DNA of 62,165 bases, counting the filler, from Globobulimina sp. (Eukaryota): the NCBI GenBank assembly GCA_003354225.1. It is 9 parts of 9 records of this genome, joined end to end, with 100 filler letters (N's around TTAATTAATTAA, not from the genome) between each part and the next. Parts side by side here need not be neighbours in the genome. Positions count along the whole stretch, not along the records: positions 20,818 to 27,643 come from PIVH01000232.1; positions 27,744 to 34,560 come from PIVH01000233.1; 7 more parts are not named here. One strand, given 5' to 3'. The position numbers and the translations under genes are program-made. Positions 21,516 through 32,838 of this stretch are shown here, in pieces (the stretch's first letter is position 1; the number at the start of each line of letters is the position of its first letter). Below the pieces are notes generated by a model, which did not search any database, had not been told where the DNA came from, and saw nothing but the letters and a program-made list of their open reading frames with translations.

Positions 21516-24059
21516 TCATTGGTTGTCATTGTGATTGTTGTTTGATGAGGGAGTATTTTGTGATGTGTCTGGTTGAGAGTTTTGTGATGTTTGCTTTGTT
21601 GGTCTTTGTTTTTGAGTGGGAACAATTTTCGGTCCGCCACCATAAACTTCAATTAGAAATGTCCAAATATTGCTTGGTATCATTAAATAATCCGTATCTT
21701 TGATTAATTCATCTTTTAACGTATGATTACCGGCATGAATATGTATATTATCAATACGTTGGGGAATTATATTAGTTTTGTTATGAACAAAATTTCTCCA
21801 TTGATTGGCCCATTTCATGTTTAAGGCACAGTCCTGAGGACAGCCATCGTCCTCCAACCTGCGAATCTCAGTTTTTTCATATTCACGCCGTCCATTTAAT
21901 TCTTCCACTTTGCAATCTGTGCATTCCAATGACTTGTCAGATAATTCCCAGGGCATTGTCTCTTTCTCTTTGTCTTTGTCTTTATCGGCATCTGCCATTA
22001 CAATGTCTTGCTCTTTCTCATATACTAACATTTTGGCATTATATTGCAATCCATACTTTTTGCTTAATTCTAGCCAGGTATTATATGCTATTTTAATGGA
22101 ACAATATTTACTTCGATCGTGATTGCGCGACAATGGAAAGCCATGAAAACAACTTAGCCATAAATTATCAATGGGTCCCGGTCGGCTGAAGGCCTGGACT
22201 CTGTGTAGCCAGTATCGAGATAATAATACATGCTTCTTCTTGTTTACATTGTTATTGTGGATTAATAAGGCATTGGATATGGATTTGATGGACGACCTGT
22301 CCGCTTTCCGGCGAATATAGAATAAAATGTATGCTTGCTGTTCAGCTAATTTCTCCCTTGAAATCTGTTCAACTCTCAAATCATCAAATTTATACCATTT
22401 GGCAGTGGCGGGATGTTTAGCAAACGATATATAATGACCTCCGCCGGTACTCCCCATATGTTTGATAATTGAGCATAAATCATATTTTGCGCCGATGTTT
22501 TGTTTATCGTTTCGATGTTTTGGATGAATGTATTGTTTTAAATCCAAGGCGTCGATCGGGAATGAAACATGAGTCGATACCTTGGCAGAGCCTCTCCAAA
22601 AGGAGTCATGGCTAAATCGTTTGATTTGAATCATTAATATTTCGGGCAATTTGGAGATTAATAATGTTTTCTTGGCTTCTTGTTTGGATTTACATTTATC
22701 ACAATGATATTTTTCGGTGTTCAATAAATCCTCGCTGGTACAGTATGAATGCAAACAGAGGCCCAATGGAATGGATTGACTCTGTAAGCCGACAAAGGTG
22801 AAAACCGATGATATCCATCCCTTTGTTGGCAGTGGTTTTGCGCCGTTGATGTTCCTCTCCGCAACGGCCCGATCAATGGCTTCTTGCTTTGGTCTTTCCA
22901 CTTGAATGTTGGTGATAGAATCAATTTTTTGTGATTTTGTGTTACATTTTGAACATTGTACCGATGATATGATCTCTCCTGAAAATAAATCATATATTAT
23001 TGAGGTCTCTAGATATTTTTCTTTTTCTTTTTCTTTTTCTTTTTTGGTCTTTTTCTTTTCTTCGCTGTCATTGTTGTTGTCATTGTTGTCATTGTTGGGA
23101 TGATTGATTGGTATTTTATACTTATACTCATCATGCAAGAATTGTAGAAGACAGGTTAAAAATTCGTGGGCGTCCTGCTGTCCATAACCACGAAATTGCG
23201 GATATTTATACATTATACATCGTAACATGTCTCGGGGAATAACATTCCTATGCTTTCCTTCCCAAATTTCATAGGTTAATTTTACAAATTCATCCACTAA
23301 ACGCAATCTATTATATTTTTTAACATAACATATCTCCGGCAAAGTAAATAAATAAACGACAGCTGGACAATGTAATAATGCCTAAATAGAAAATAAAATA
23401 AAAATATATAAATATGTGCAAGGATCAAAACTTGAAGTGATGCATTCATAAAGCATGTATTTCCCAGATTTTGCATGCCACACATTCCTCCATTCATACT
23501 TTCATGCCAAATGGGTGTCGATTTTAGTATCGATTGAGCATTTTTCCATTTCTATGTAAATTAATCAATGACGTGGCTGCATAAAATAAAATAAAAATAT
23601 TTTATTAACATTTGGATCGAGAGATGTTAAACTTCTTCGGTTATTTTTGTATTTTCTATTATTTCTATGTCCATTGTTATTATTATTATTATTGTTATAT
23701 GAAGCAGATGAAGATGAAGACGGTGATGATTCACTATTATTATTATTATCATTCTCATTATCACCAAAATATACAATCGGTTGGTCACATTTATAACACC
23801 ATAAATGTTTTGGTGATTCCATGTTTACACAAATAAAATGTAACGATTCTTGTGCATGTTTCAATGCATGTTTTTTTTCATAGCGACCACATCCAATATG
23901 ATAACATTGCAAACAACACCAAACATTGCGTGCCGTCCGACAAACAGTACATCGGCCTTTTACTTTGGCTGCTTGTTTTGCAATGCGTGTGATTGAATCT
24001 TTGATTTCATCGTTGACCACAAAATGACTACAGCCCAGCGCAGTTTCTTCCATTGCCAT
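21516..24059 (-). CDS. Ubiquitin-specific protease (zf-UBP + USP + DUSP; USP20/33-like), multi-exon
   Basis: zf-UBP (CLQCYHIGCGR...HALKH...WCYKCD), Cys box GMQNLGNTCFMNASLQ, QQDAHEFL, His box GGGHYISF, WYKFDD, C-terminal DUSP (W...YGGGP); GT-AG introns between ORFs. Confidence 0.92.
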
Positions 24060-24112
24060 GTCTTACTCACTTACTCTTCTTAACAACTGAAAGTTAAAAA
24101 CTTTGCAAAAGA

Positions 24113-24808
24113 ATGGGTAAATATGTTATGAAAACGGGAAATTTTGATCAGCAAAAAAAAATGATGAATATTAGGTCAAAATTGAGAGCAGCGGGTAAAA
24201 TCAAACGTAAACATGTAAAAGAAAACGAGCAATACAAAATTGATGCACAAGGGAGAGAGCACCAATCCCGCCCTGATCATTTCAGTGAATTGTTTTTCCG
24301 CCATAACAAAGCATTGGGTCCACCGTATGATCGACATTTGATTTTATTCAATTCAATTCAATTTATAATATTATAAATTTAATTCCTTTTTGCAATTGAA
24401 ACATACAGATACCATGTTATCATGGACACCAATTTTTTTTATTACGCGAGAAGAGCTCACAAAGATATATTTACTGAAATGACAAGAATTTTATTGGCGA
24501 AATGTTATTTGTATGTCACTGATTGTATTGTTGCTGAAGCCGAGAAAATGGGAAGAAAATATAAATCAATGTTGAGATCAATGAAAGATCCACGAATAAA
24601 AAGATTAAAATGTCAACACAAAGGAATTTATGCGGATGATTGTATTTGTCGCAGAGTGAATCAACAGCGAATTTTTTTAATTGCCACATGCGATCGCGAT
24701 TTGAAAAAAAGACTACGAAAAATTCCCGGTGTACCCATTGTTTACATACAAGCGTACAGATTCACTGTGGAGCGACTCCCCGAGGCCTACGGCGCGCCGA
24801 GGTTCTAA
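24113..24808 (+). CDS. FCF1: rRNA-processing PIN-domain protein FCF1/UTP24, two exons
   Basis: LFFRHNKALGPP|YHVIMDTNF across an intron (GTATGA...ATACAG), YVTDCIVAE, YADDCI, ATCDRDLKKRLRKIPGVPI. Confidence 0.92.
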
Positions 24809-24958
24809 AGAAAAATACAAATAATACTACTCACTACTCAGTAATGTACTTGCTATTATACAAATTAATATTTATCCTTACGCCACAAAAAATAATTACT
24901 AGTAACCAATGTTTTTGAGAGTTTATCTTTTTTCAACTTAAAAACTTGCTGTAAAAAC

Positions 24959-27523
24959 ATGCTGAAAACAAAACAAAAAGCAACTTCAAGACGTCTGAAA
25001 CCTGGTCCCTTTTCCTTAAATCAGCCAACCAGGACAAAAGCGCAAGTGAAATTGAATAGATTGGGGCAACAATTAAAGAAAAAACTGAGGCATGGGACGA
25101 CAAAGGATATTGTAGAGTTTAGATTACTTTCTATATATTGAACAGTATTGAACATGTATATGACAATTAAATATACACTTCTTACAGTTCGGTAACAACA
25201 GAGATTGGCTGGATTGGATTGTGTATTTTATTTCTGTGTCTCGTATCAGTTTGTTATATTATTATTATAATAATTTACAGTGGAAATAATGAGCAAACGC
25301 CAAACCTACACACAATGCATAATCGTGCTCACCCGGATCATATGTCCAATCAACACGACATAAATTCACATCTAAATGATGATGGTAACTCTGTTGATCA
25401 TGCACTTCATATCGATCCAGAACACTGGCCACATCATCTAAGTGCATCAAGAGAAGTTAATTATAATTAAATTCTAATATAAATAATACATATACAAATT
25501 ACATATAATTATGATGTGTTGCCACCAAAAGCAAAAGCAAAAGGAAAAGGAAAAGGAGAGAGACTTTGGTCGTGATGTGGATGGATTGGAAGATAGATTT
25601 AAATTTGACCGACGAAAAAAACGAAATGGAGAAGAGTTGGAAGGCCGAATAGCAAATGACAATGATAATGATATTGATTTTGATAAACTTGATCCTGAAA
25701 TACGAGAGAAAATGATGAATGAAATGGGATTACATGAAAGGAATCGACATCGAAAAGACAGACGCAAGAGAAGGGAGAGAAGAGACGAAGACTGGAGAGA
25801 GAGGAAAGAGAGGAAAGTGAGAAAAGAGGGAGAGAAAGAGATAAAAAGTGAGAGAGAGGCAGAGGCAGAGGTTGCTGAGGTGAGTGGTGATGAGGTGAGT
25901 AATTGGGAGAGCATTTGGAGTGTGATAGGTGGCATTGATATGGGCTCATTATCCAAAGCCAAAGAGAGTGAACCATCCGATATATTATCGGAGAAATGCT
26001 ATCGCATAAAATCTGCATTTTTGCATGCCTGGCATGGTTATGCCAAGTACGCCTTAGGCCATGATGAGATCCATCCCGTTTCCGATTTGCCCGGTGATAG
26101 CTGGGGCGGCTTAGGTGCCACACTCATCGATGCCTTGGATACCATGATGATAATGGGCATAAAAGACGAGTTCAAGCAAGCGAGAGAAAAATTAAACGAC
26201 ATCCATTTTGATATTGATTTACAAGTCTCATTCTTTGAAACCACCATCAGACATCTTGGCGGCTTAATAGGTAGCTACGAAATGTCGCAAATATTGGAGC
26301 CGACAGATGAATTTATTTTGGCTCAGGCAATATCATTAGGCGACCATCTGTTGCCCGCATTTGACACCGCCAAAGGTATACCAAAATCAATGGTGAATTT
26401 GAAAAGTGGGGAGATTAAAAATTATGGATGGACCAAAGATAGATCTGTACTCAGTGAGATTGGCTCAAATCAATTAGAATTTTATGCTTTAAGTAAATAT
26501 ACAAATGATGGCAAATATTATGATAAATCCGCATTAATATACAAGTTATTAAATAGTGCTCAAAATGAGAATGTTGCCTCCGGCAATGGAGAGTTTGGTT
26601 TATTTTCGCGTTTAATTGATACGGAGGAAGCAAGCTTTCCTAAAAACGAAAAAGTGTATAGTTTGGGTGGAATGAGCGACTCTTTTTATGAGTACACTTT
26701 GAAGCTATGGATATTGACCAATTACAACGATAAATTAGCCATCAAATTATATATGGAATCAATCACTGCAGCAAATGAGAAATTGTTGCGAATGATCTAT
26801 GACAAAAAACGTAGAGAGGAGGCATATTTTTTTTATGGCGAACAATGGTACACCAAATTCCGTGGTAAAATGGAAGAATTGCAATGTTTTATGCCCGGCG
26901 TATTGGCCTTAGGTTCATATCATGCAATGTTACTCTCTCAAGAAACGGATAGGAAGTTAACAAAATATGAGAAACAATTAATTGAAGAAAGAGAGAAACA
27001 TTTGAAGTTAGCCCACGTATTATTGGAATCGTGTGTTGCTTTATATAGTGAGATGCCAACTGGTTTGGCGCCAGAAACAATTGAATTTAGTGACAATGAA
27101 TGGAAACCAAAAGAAATGAGATATCAATTACGTCCGGAAACCGTTGAGTCATTATTTATATTATATTCATTGACTGGCAATCAAGAGTATCGAGAGTGGG
27201 CATGGAATATATTCCAATCCATTGAGAAACACTGTAAAACTGACGTTGCCTTCTCTGGCATTGAAGATGTAACTGAAATTCCAGCAAAACAAGACAATCA
27301 AATGCAATCTTATGTTATGGCTGAAACATTTAAATATTTATTCTTAATATTTGATGATTATGCGGCTTCATTATTACCATTAAATCAATACGTATTTAAC
27401 ACAGAAGCACATCCAATACGAATCATAAAAGATATTACAAGGTTTGGTTGGTATAAACCCAATGAAATGTCGAATGACAATGATGATTTCGATCAAACAC
27501 AATATGACGAAATAGACGAATGA
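24959..27523 (+). CDS. GH47 alpha-1,2-mannosidase (type II membrane), multi-exon 5' region
   Basis: AFLHAWHGY, TLIDALDT, FETTIRHLGGL, DSFYEY, LRPETVES, AETFKY, FNTEAHP in ORF 25511-27523; upstream short exons with a TM segment are inferred. Confidence 0.9.
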
Positions 27524-28142
27524 AATCAATGAATACTGATATAAAAAGGATTCTATTTTTGTTTAAAAATTAATGTCATCGCTAGATTCTTCTTTTGCGC
27601 GAGTTTGTTATTCAAACACTAGCAACAAAAAAAACTTTAACGGNNNNNNNNNNNNNNNNNNNNNNNNNNNNNNNNNNNNNNNNNNNNTTAATTAATTAAN
27701 NNNNNNNNNNNNNNNNNNNNNNNNNNNNNNNNNNNNNNNNNNNATATTAAAAATAGATACTCACAGAAAGTATAAATATATTAATGGGGAAATGGGAAAG
27801 AATTGAACTTTCCTTCAATGGACCACTCATCTCAACACGTATTGGTCTGACTCTTTCGGGTAAAATCCAGGAACAAGTGTCAGAGGGCTTTATTCCTAGA
27901 ATTAACAATTTGATTTATAATTAGATATTCAGATAAATAATCTGAAAATAAGAATTATGAATCAATCGCTTCCCGTCTGTTGAATCCCTGTGTGTTGAGT
28001 GAATTTGTGATCTTTATTTATAATTTCATAAAATTTACGTTTCTCAAAATGTAAAACAGATTATTATTTGGAAAATAATAATTTGTTTGTTGTTAATGTT
28101 AAATCAAGCACTTTGAATGATAATTGTCCCTGATGTGTCAAT

Positions 28143-29422
28143 TTAAGCTTGGAATAATTTCTCCACAGTATCACCGTCCCATGGATTGAAAATTTGCAAT
28201 TTGCCTTTACTTTTATCAATATTCATTTTTCCAGGGCGATTTTTGCCGTGAATCATTTCAAATGGTAATATCATTAATTGTTTCTCTGTGAATAAGATGT
28301 AACGGGTCGCAACATGGGGGAGGTTTTTAATTGACCATACTACATATCGTATAACTTTAAGTAAATCAATACCCTGTGCATGACATAACGATGTAGCGCC
28401 AATTCTAATGGAATATGTTGGATATGCTTTCGGATTTTTCATGCCAATGATTTTTACAAATTCAAGCATGATTGTTGATAATTTTGCAGGTGTCCAAATA
28501 CAGCCATTTGTGTCTACAAAAATGTAGTTTGATTGAGCTACACCTAAATTTGATAATCGTTTCTGATGTAATCTCCGTTTTGAAAAATTTGTGGGATTTC
28601 TTGCACATTTTAAGTCGTTAAAATATAACGTTCTTCTTTGTTTATATATTTTGTACATTTTAAAGAAATCCAAAATACCGCAATGACAAATTTTGTGATT
28701 CTCACAAATCGGAGGTGACATGAAAATTTCTTTCGGAGTATTCCTAAATTCTTGATTTTTGAACCAATGGATAACTAATTTCATATACTGATTTATGTAT
28801 TTTTTATGGGTATCATGAAATGTAACATCTCCCCATTTTAAACCAGTTCTGATAATTTCCCATAGTTCATTCTCCGTATTGTCAGTAAATAAAATCTCAG
28901 CGGGTCTACTAATTGTGAAAAACACAATTAATAATAAAAAAGCCTTCAGCAATGTATCTAAAGGTGCTGTATTCCATGTTTTTGGGGTGATTTTTATGTG
29001 TTTTAAATATTTGACTATCCAGTGAATACGCAAAGGTAATCTAAGTTTGCGTACCTTAGAATGTAAACCGATCATAGTATCTCTGATTGTTTTATAAAAA
29101 TTATCTTCAAAAAACATAGGTTTCTCACCCATTGATTTCACCCACCATGAAAGTGCTGAACACCACGTAGAATAAGAATTGCATGAACCTAATCTCATGG
29201 TTCTGTCATACATCCAATAAATAGCTACTGAGGGATTTATGAAAGGGACGAAAGGATCGTTTCCATGCTCAATACTATAACCCCACCAATCTTTTAATAC
29301 AGAGACATAATTCTGTTTTGTTGAGATTCTTCTTGATCTGAATAGATCTTTCAAAATTTGTCTCGTTGTCTGTGGGTCATTTCTCGCTATTCGTTTTTTC
29401 CAAATTAGACGACGAGTGTGAG
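28143..29422 (-). CDS. Tyrosine recombinase of the retroelement (probable terminal exon)
   Basis: ISRPAEIL (R), WFKNQ (K), YSIRIGA (HxxR with H>Y), VVWS (W), ATRY (Y). Frame stays open upstream to the acceptor TTTTTACTTAG at 29423; no ATG near the 5' end. Confidence 0.88.
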
Positions 29423-29480
29423 CTAAGTAAAAACAAAGAGAATTTTATTTTTGGCGTGAAAATAAAACTTTTATAAACAG

Positions 29481-31219
29481 TTAAATGTCGTCTAAGTCTT
29501 TGAGCAACTTCAACTCATAATAATAATCTAAATTTGTTGGATATGGATCAATTTGTAAGTGGAACAGATTTACTATGTCATAGAAACGCTTCCAATCGAA
29601 TCTTGAGAGTGAATCTGATAAACCATTAAAAGAAGATGGGATAAATTCAACTCTCAAATCAATACAATATGTGCACATTAATAACACAATCTCTTGTATG
29701 TATTCCATTAAATTTAGACTGCCTGACCAATGTTTATAGATACTAAATAAAACAGATTTATTATCAATATACAATAATAGTTGTCTGCCGGTTAGAATAT
29801 GTCGAAAATTATAAAGTAGCATTATCACAGCATGAGCTTCTTGATAATTTATATGCATTTGGCGATGATTTATACCAAATAAATTTGGATAATCAACAAA
29901 TTTATATGCACCAAAATGAGAACCAATTATGAAGCCTCCGCCAATATTACATGCATCCGTGGCACCTGTAATTGTAATTGATGGCTTATTTAAGATCGAT
30001 TGCATTGTTACTACTTTCATAAAATTTGAATATTTTAACCAAAATCGAAAATCTATGATCACAGCATCAGGTATCCAAAAAATGTGTTTTTTTAATTTGG
30101 GATTTTTCCTGATCTTTTTATGAATTAATTTCAATAATCGGTAACATAAAATCTTTGCAGGTTTACGGAATTGGGACCAATGCATTATTTTCCCGCAAAT
30201 TGATTCTAAAGCTGTTCCCGATGCAAATCTATATTGGATCATCAATGTCAATCCTTTAACTAATTCATCATATTTATTTTGTGGTATGTTAACATGTTTT
30301 GATCTGAGATTAAATCCAAAACCATGTACAACCCCTTTATAGATAGCATTTTCATCTTTTTCATGGGAGACAGTGACACCTAATTCATAGCACATTTGAT
30401 CAAATCTATCAGCCATTTGTTGTGCTTCAAAGGCACTTGATGCGGCTAATAAAAAATCATCAATATGTACCAAAATTCGGTTCTTTTGATGTGGGGATAG
30501 ATAATTATGTTCACAAATCCATATTAAGATTTCAGCAAAACGTTGACAGTTTGCTGCAGCTGATGCCACACCATATGCTTGACGCATATCTGCGAATTTC
30601 AGACCAAATATACAATATTGTATATAGGCGGTGTCATTTGTGGCAAGTAGGAGTTGTCTGAAAGCATCCTTCAGATCTCTCAAGGAAACATAATCAAATT
30701 TTATTAGAATCTCAATATATTTACGTATATTTGGTAAGGTGGGGATTTTACATTGTTCTTTATCAATCACGTTATTTATTGACACTTTATGTTTAGTTGT
30801 AAAAGAACCATGTCTTGCAACTCTAATTTCAGTCATTAGTTTAGTTTCATTGTTGCGTTTTGGAACGCACAATAAATTTAAATTATAGTGTGCTCTTTTT
30901 TTGATTGGTGTAATATATGCTTTCTTCGCCTCCTTTACCATACGTGTTAAGATTGCCTTTAAATCCCTCTTATCTCTCACAATATTTCTTACAGTCTTAC
31001 AGAGCTTAGCCGGATTTCGCTCTTTTAACCATAAGGGATAACCCTCCTCAATAAATTTAATTTCGATCTCTCCATTTGGATGTTCTCGGAGATAGTTACG
31101 AAATAAATCTATATTGAAATGATGCGGAATAGACGGGGGTTGAACCCATAAATGAACTAATTTTTGGAGTAAATCGGCGCATTCAGTGTCAATTTCTGCT
31201 ACTTTCGGGAGGATATAAT
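29481..31219 (-). CDS. Reverse transcriptase-RNase H, DIRS type (probable terminal exon)
   Basis: RT: DLKDAFRQL, AYGVASAA, VHIDDFLL, HGFGFN. RNase H: TDAC, INYQEA, YIDN, NGLSDSLSR. Acceptor TTCTTTTATACAG at 31220. Confidence 0.92.
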
Positions 31220-31277
31220 CTGTATAAAAGAAACAGTTTAATAAAGTTTTAGAAACGTTTCGGATTTGTGACAATAG

Positions 31278-31437
31278 ATGCGATTATGAGTATGTTCGAC
31301 ATGACATTTTGTGACAAAATGTCATGTCCTATGCGATTATGAGTATGTTGCAGCTGAAAAACATGACATTTTGGTCACAAAATGTCATGTCCTGTGTGAT
31401 TATGAAATTGTAGCTGAAAAACCTGACATTTTTTGGT
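31278..31437. repeat. Three tandem ~53-63-bp units, two containing a long palindrome
   Basis: Units start ATGCGATTATGAGTATGTT (31278, 31331; degenerate at 31394). Palindromes: GACATGACATTTTGT-G-ACAAAATGTCATGTC (31298-31328) and ACATGACATTTTG-GTCA-CAAAATGTCATGT (31361-31390). Confidence 0.88.
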
Positions 31438-31493
31438 GAGAATATTTAATTAAATCACGAATTAAGAGTTTAAAGTCTAAAAATAAATAGTGA

Positions 31494-32494
31494 TTATTTA
31501 AAAATTTCTGTACATTGTGGTATGCGATGGGTTTTTGAACCACATAAACATATATGTAAACGTACAATATTGCCAGATTTGCACGCTAAACCTCTTGCGT
31601 AGCATTTCTCATCATCCATATGATAAAGTGCACAATAACCAGGTCCTAATTTATATTTTGGTTTTAATCGCGCATTTACAGAATCAATCCATTGATCAAA
31701 TCTTTTAGTTCCTGTTTTCTTTCTCTCTTTCTTTATTTTTGCTGTTTCATATGTTGGTTTGTCATATTTTGTTTTCTTGTCAATTTTGATCGAAGTTGTT
31801 GCTTTTTCATGGTCCGCAATTTGTTTTTGTGTTTTTAACAATTTGATATGGTCATATTTGCTAAACATTTGTTGTAACCAGAGATTATCAACAGTTTGAT
31901 TTTGCAATTTTTCAATATCTAATTTTTGTCTCAAATGGGTATTTCTTGAGGCTAAAACAACAGATAATTGTTTTTTATTTGCCAATTCCATTGATTCATT
32001 AAAAAATAAATAAAACAATTGTTCATTTAAAGCGGTGTCATAAACTAAGGTCTCAAAAATGATCCTACATTGTCTCCAATCATGAATTGCTACATTTAAC
32101 ATCATAATATATCGATTTAACTCCGAAGTTGGGTCAATATTACTCGATTTTGATGTATATAATTTACTCAATGCTTTTATCAATTGCGATCTGTATTTAT
32201 TTGCGTAGATTAACCACACATTTAATAATCGCTGAATTTCACGAAAAAATGTGAAAACACTTGATTTATCATTAAATATATTTGCAATCGTTGTTGTAAT
32301 GTTTGATCGTGTTAAATGTTGTGTGTTTTTCTCAAATTTAATCAAATCCAACATAATATCCGTCATAGACTGTGTAGAAATTCTCCATACAAACATTAAC
32401 AATCCAGTTTCTGCAATTTCTTTTTTCTCTTTTCGAGATGTTTTTGATTTCTTCTTTTTACCACTCATTGAATCATCAGAATCGACATCAGAAT
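31494..32494 (-). CDS. Gag-like C-terminal region with a Cys/His zinc finger (probable terminal exon)
   Basis: C-terminal CALYH...C...C...HICLCGSKTHRIPQC resembles DIRS/Ngaro Gag fingers. Frame is open upstream of ATG 32468 to the acceptor ATCACAG at 32495. Confidence 0.7.
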
Positions 32495-32838
32495 CTGTGA
32501 TAATTATTATGTGGTTTATAAAGAGGGAAAATCTCAGAAATTTTAGTGTTTGTATTTGTCATTGTTGAGCATACAATGTACAGTCAGTATTTTTAAAGGT
32601 GCTCATATTAAAAAGTATAAAAGAATATGCGTTCATTTTTGGATAGCAATCATTTATTTGACGCATGATATCATGATTCGTCCTATTTTGCTATACCAAT
32701 AAATCACACAATTAATGAAAAATAGAATTACGGAAAAGTAAACAAACATGTTTCTCTCCACAGAAACATGTCAAACATAGTAAATATAACACAAAATACG
32801 GCCAAAGCCATACAAACGATTATAGCTAAGCAGCTTAG

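Noticed and set aside
27744-28142. Terminal repeats (ITR/ICR or split direct repeats) of the retroelement, or a fourth alternative exon
   Set aside because: No match to 34408-34560 found by eye, so the ends are probably beyond the contig. A ~44-codon phase-1 frame after TTCTAG near 27897 has no recognisable motif.
28143-29422. Prophage integrase or Crypton DNA transposon
   Set aside because: Linked on the same strand to RT-RNaseH and a Gag-like finger; no phage genes.
31278-31437. Mini CRISPR array, or retron/DGR non-coding RNA beside an RT
   Set aside because: Sequences between the palindromes are themselves repeated (no unique spacers), no cas genes are present, and the RT has a DIRS-type RNase H and recombinase in a eukaryotic context.
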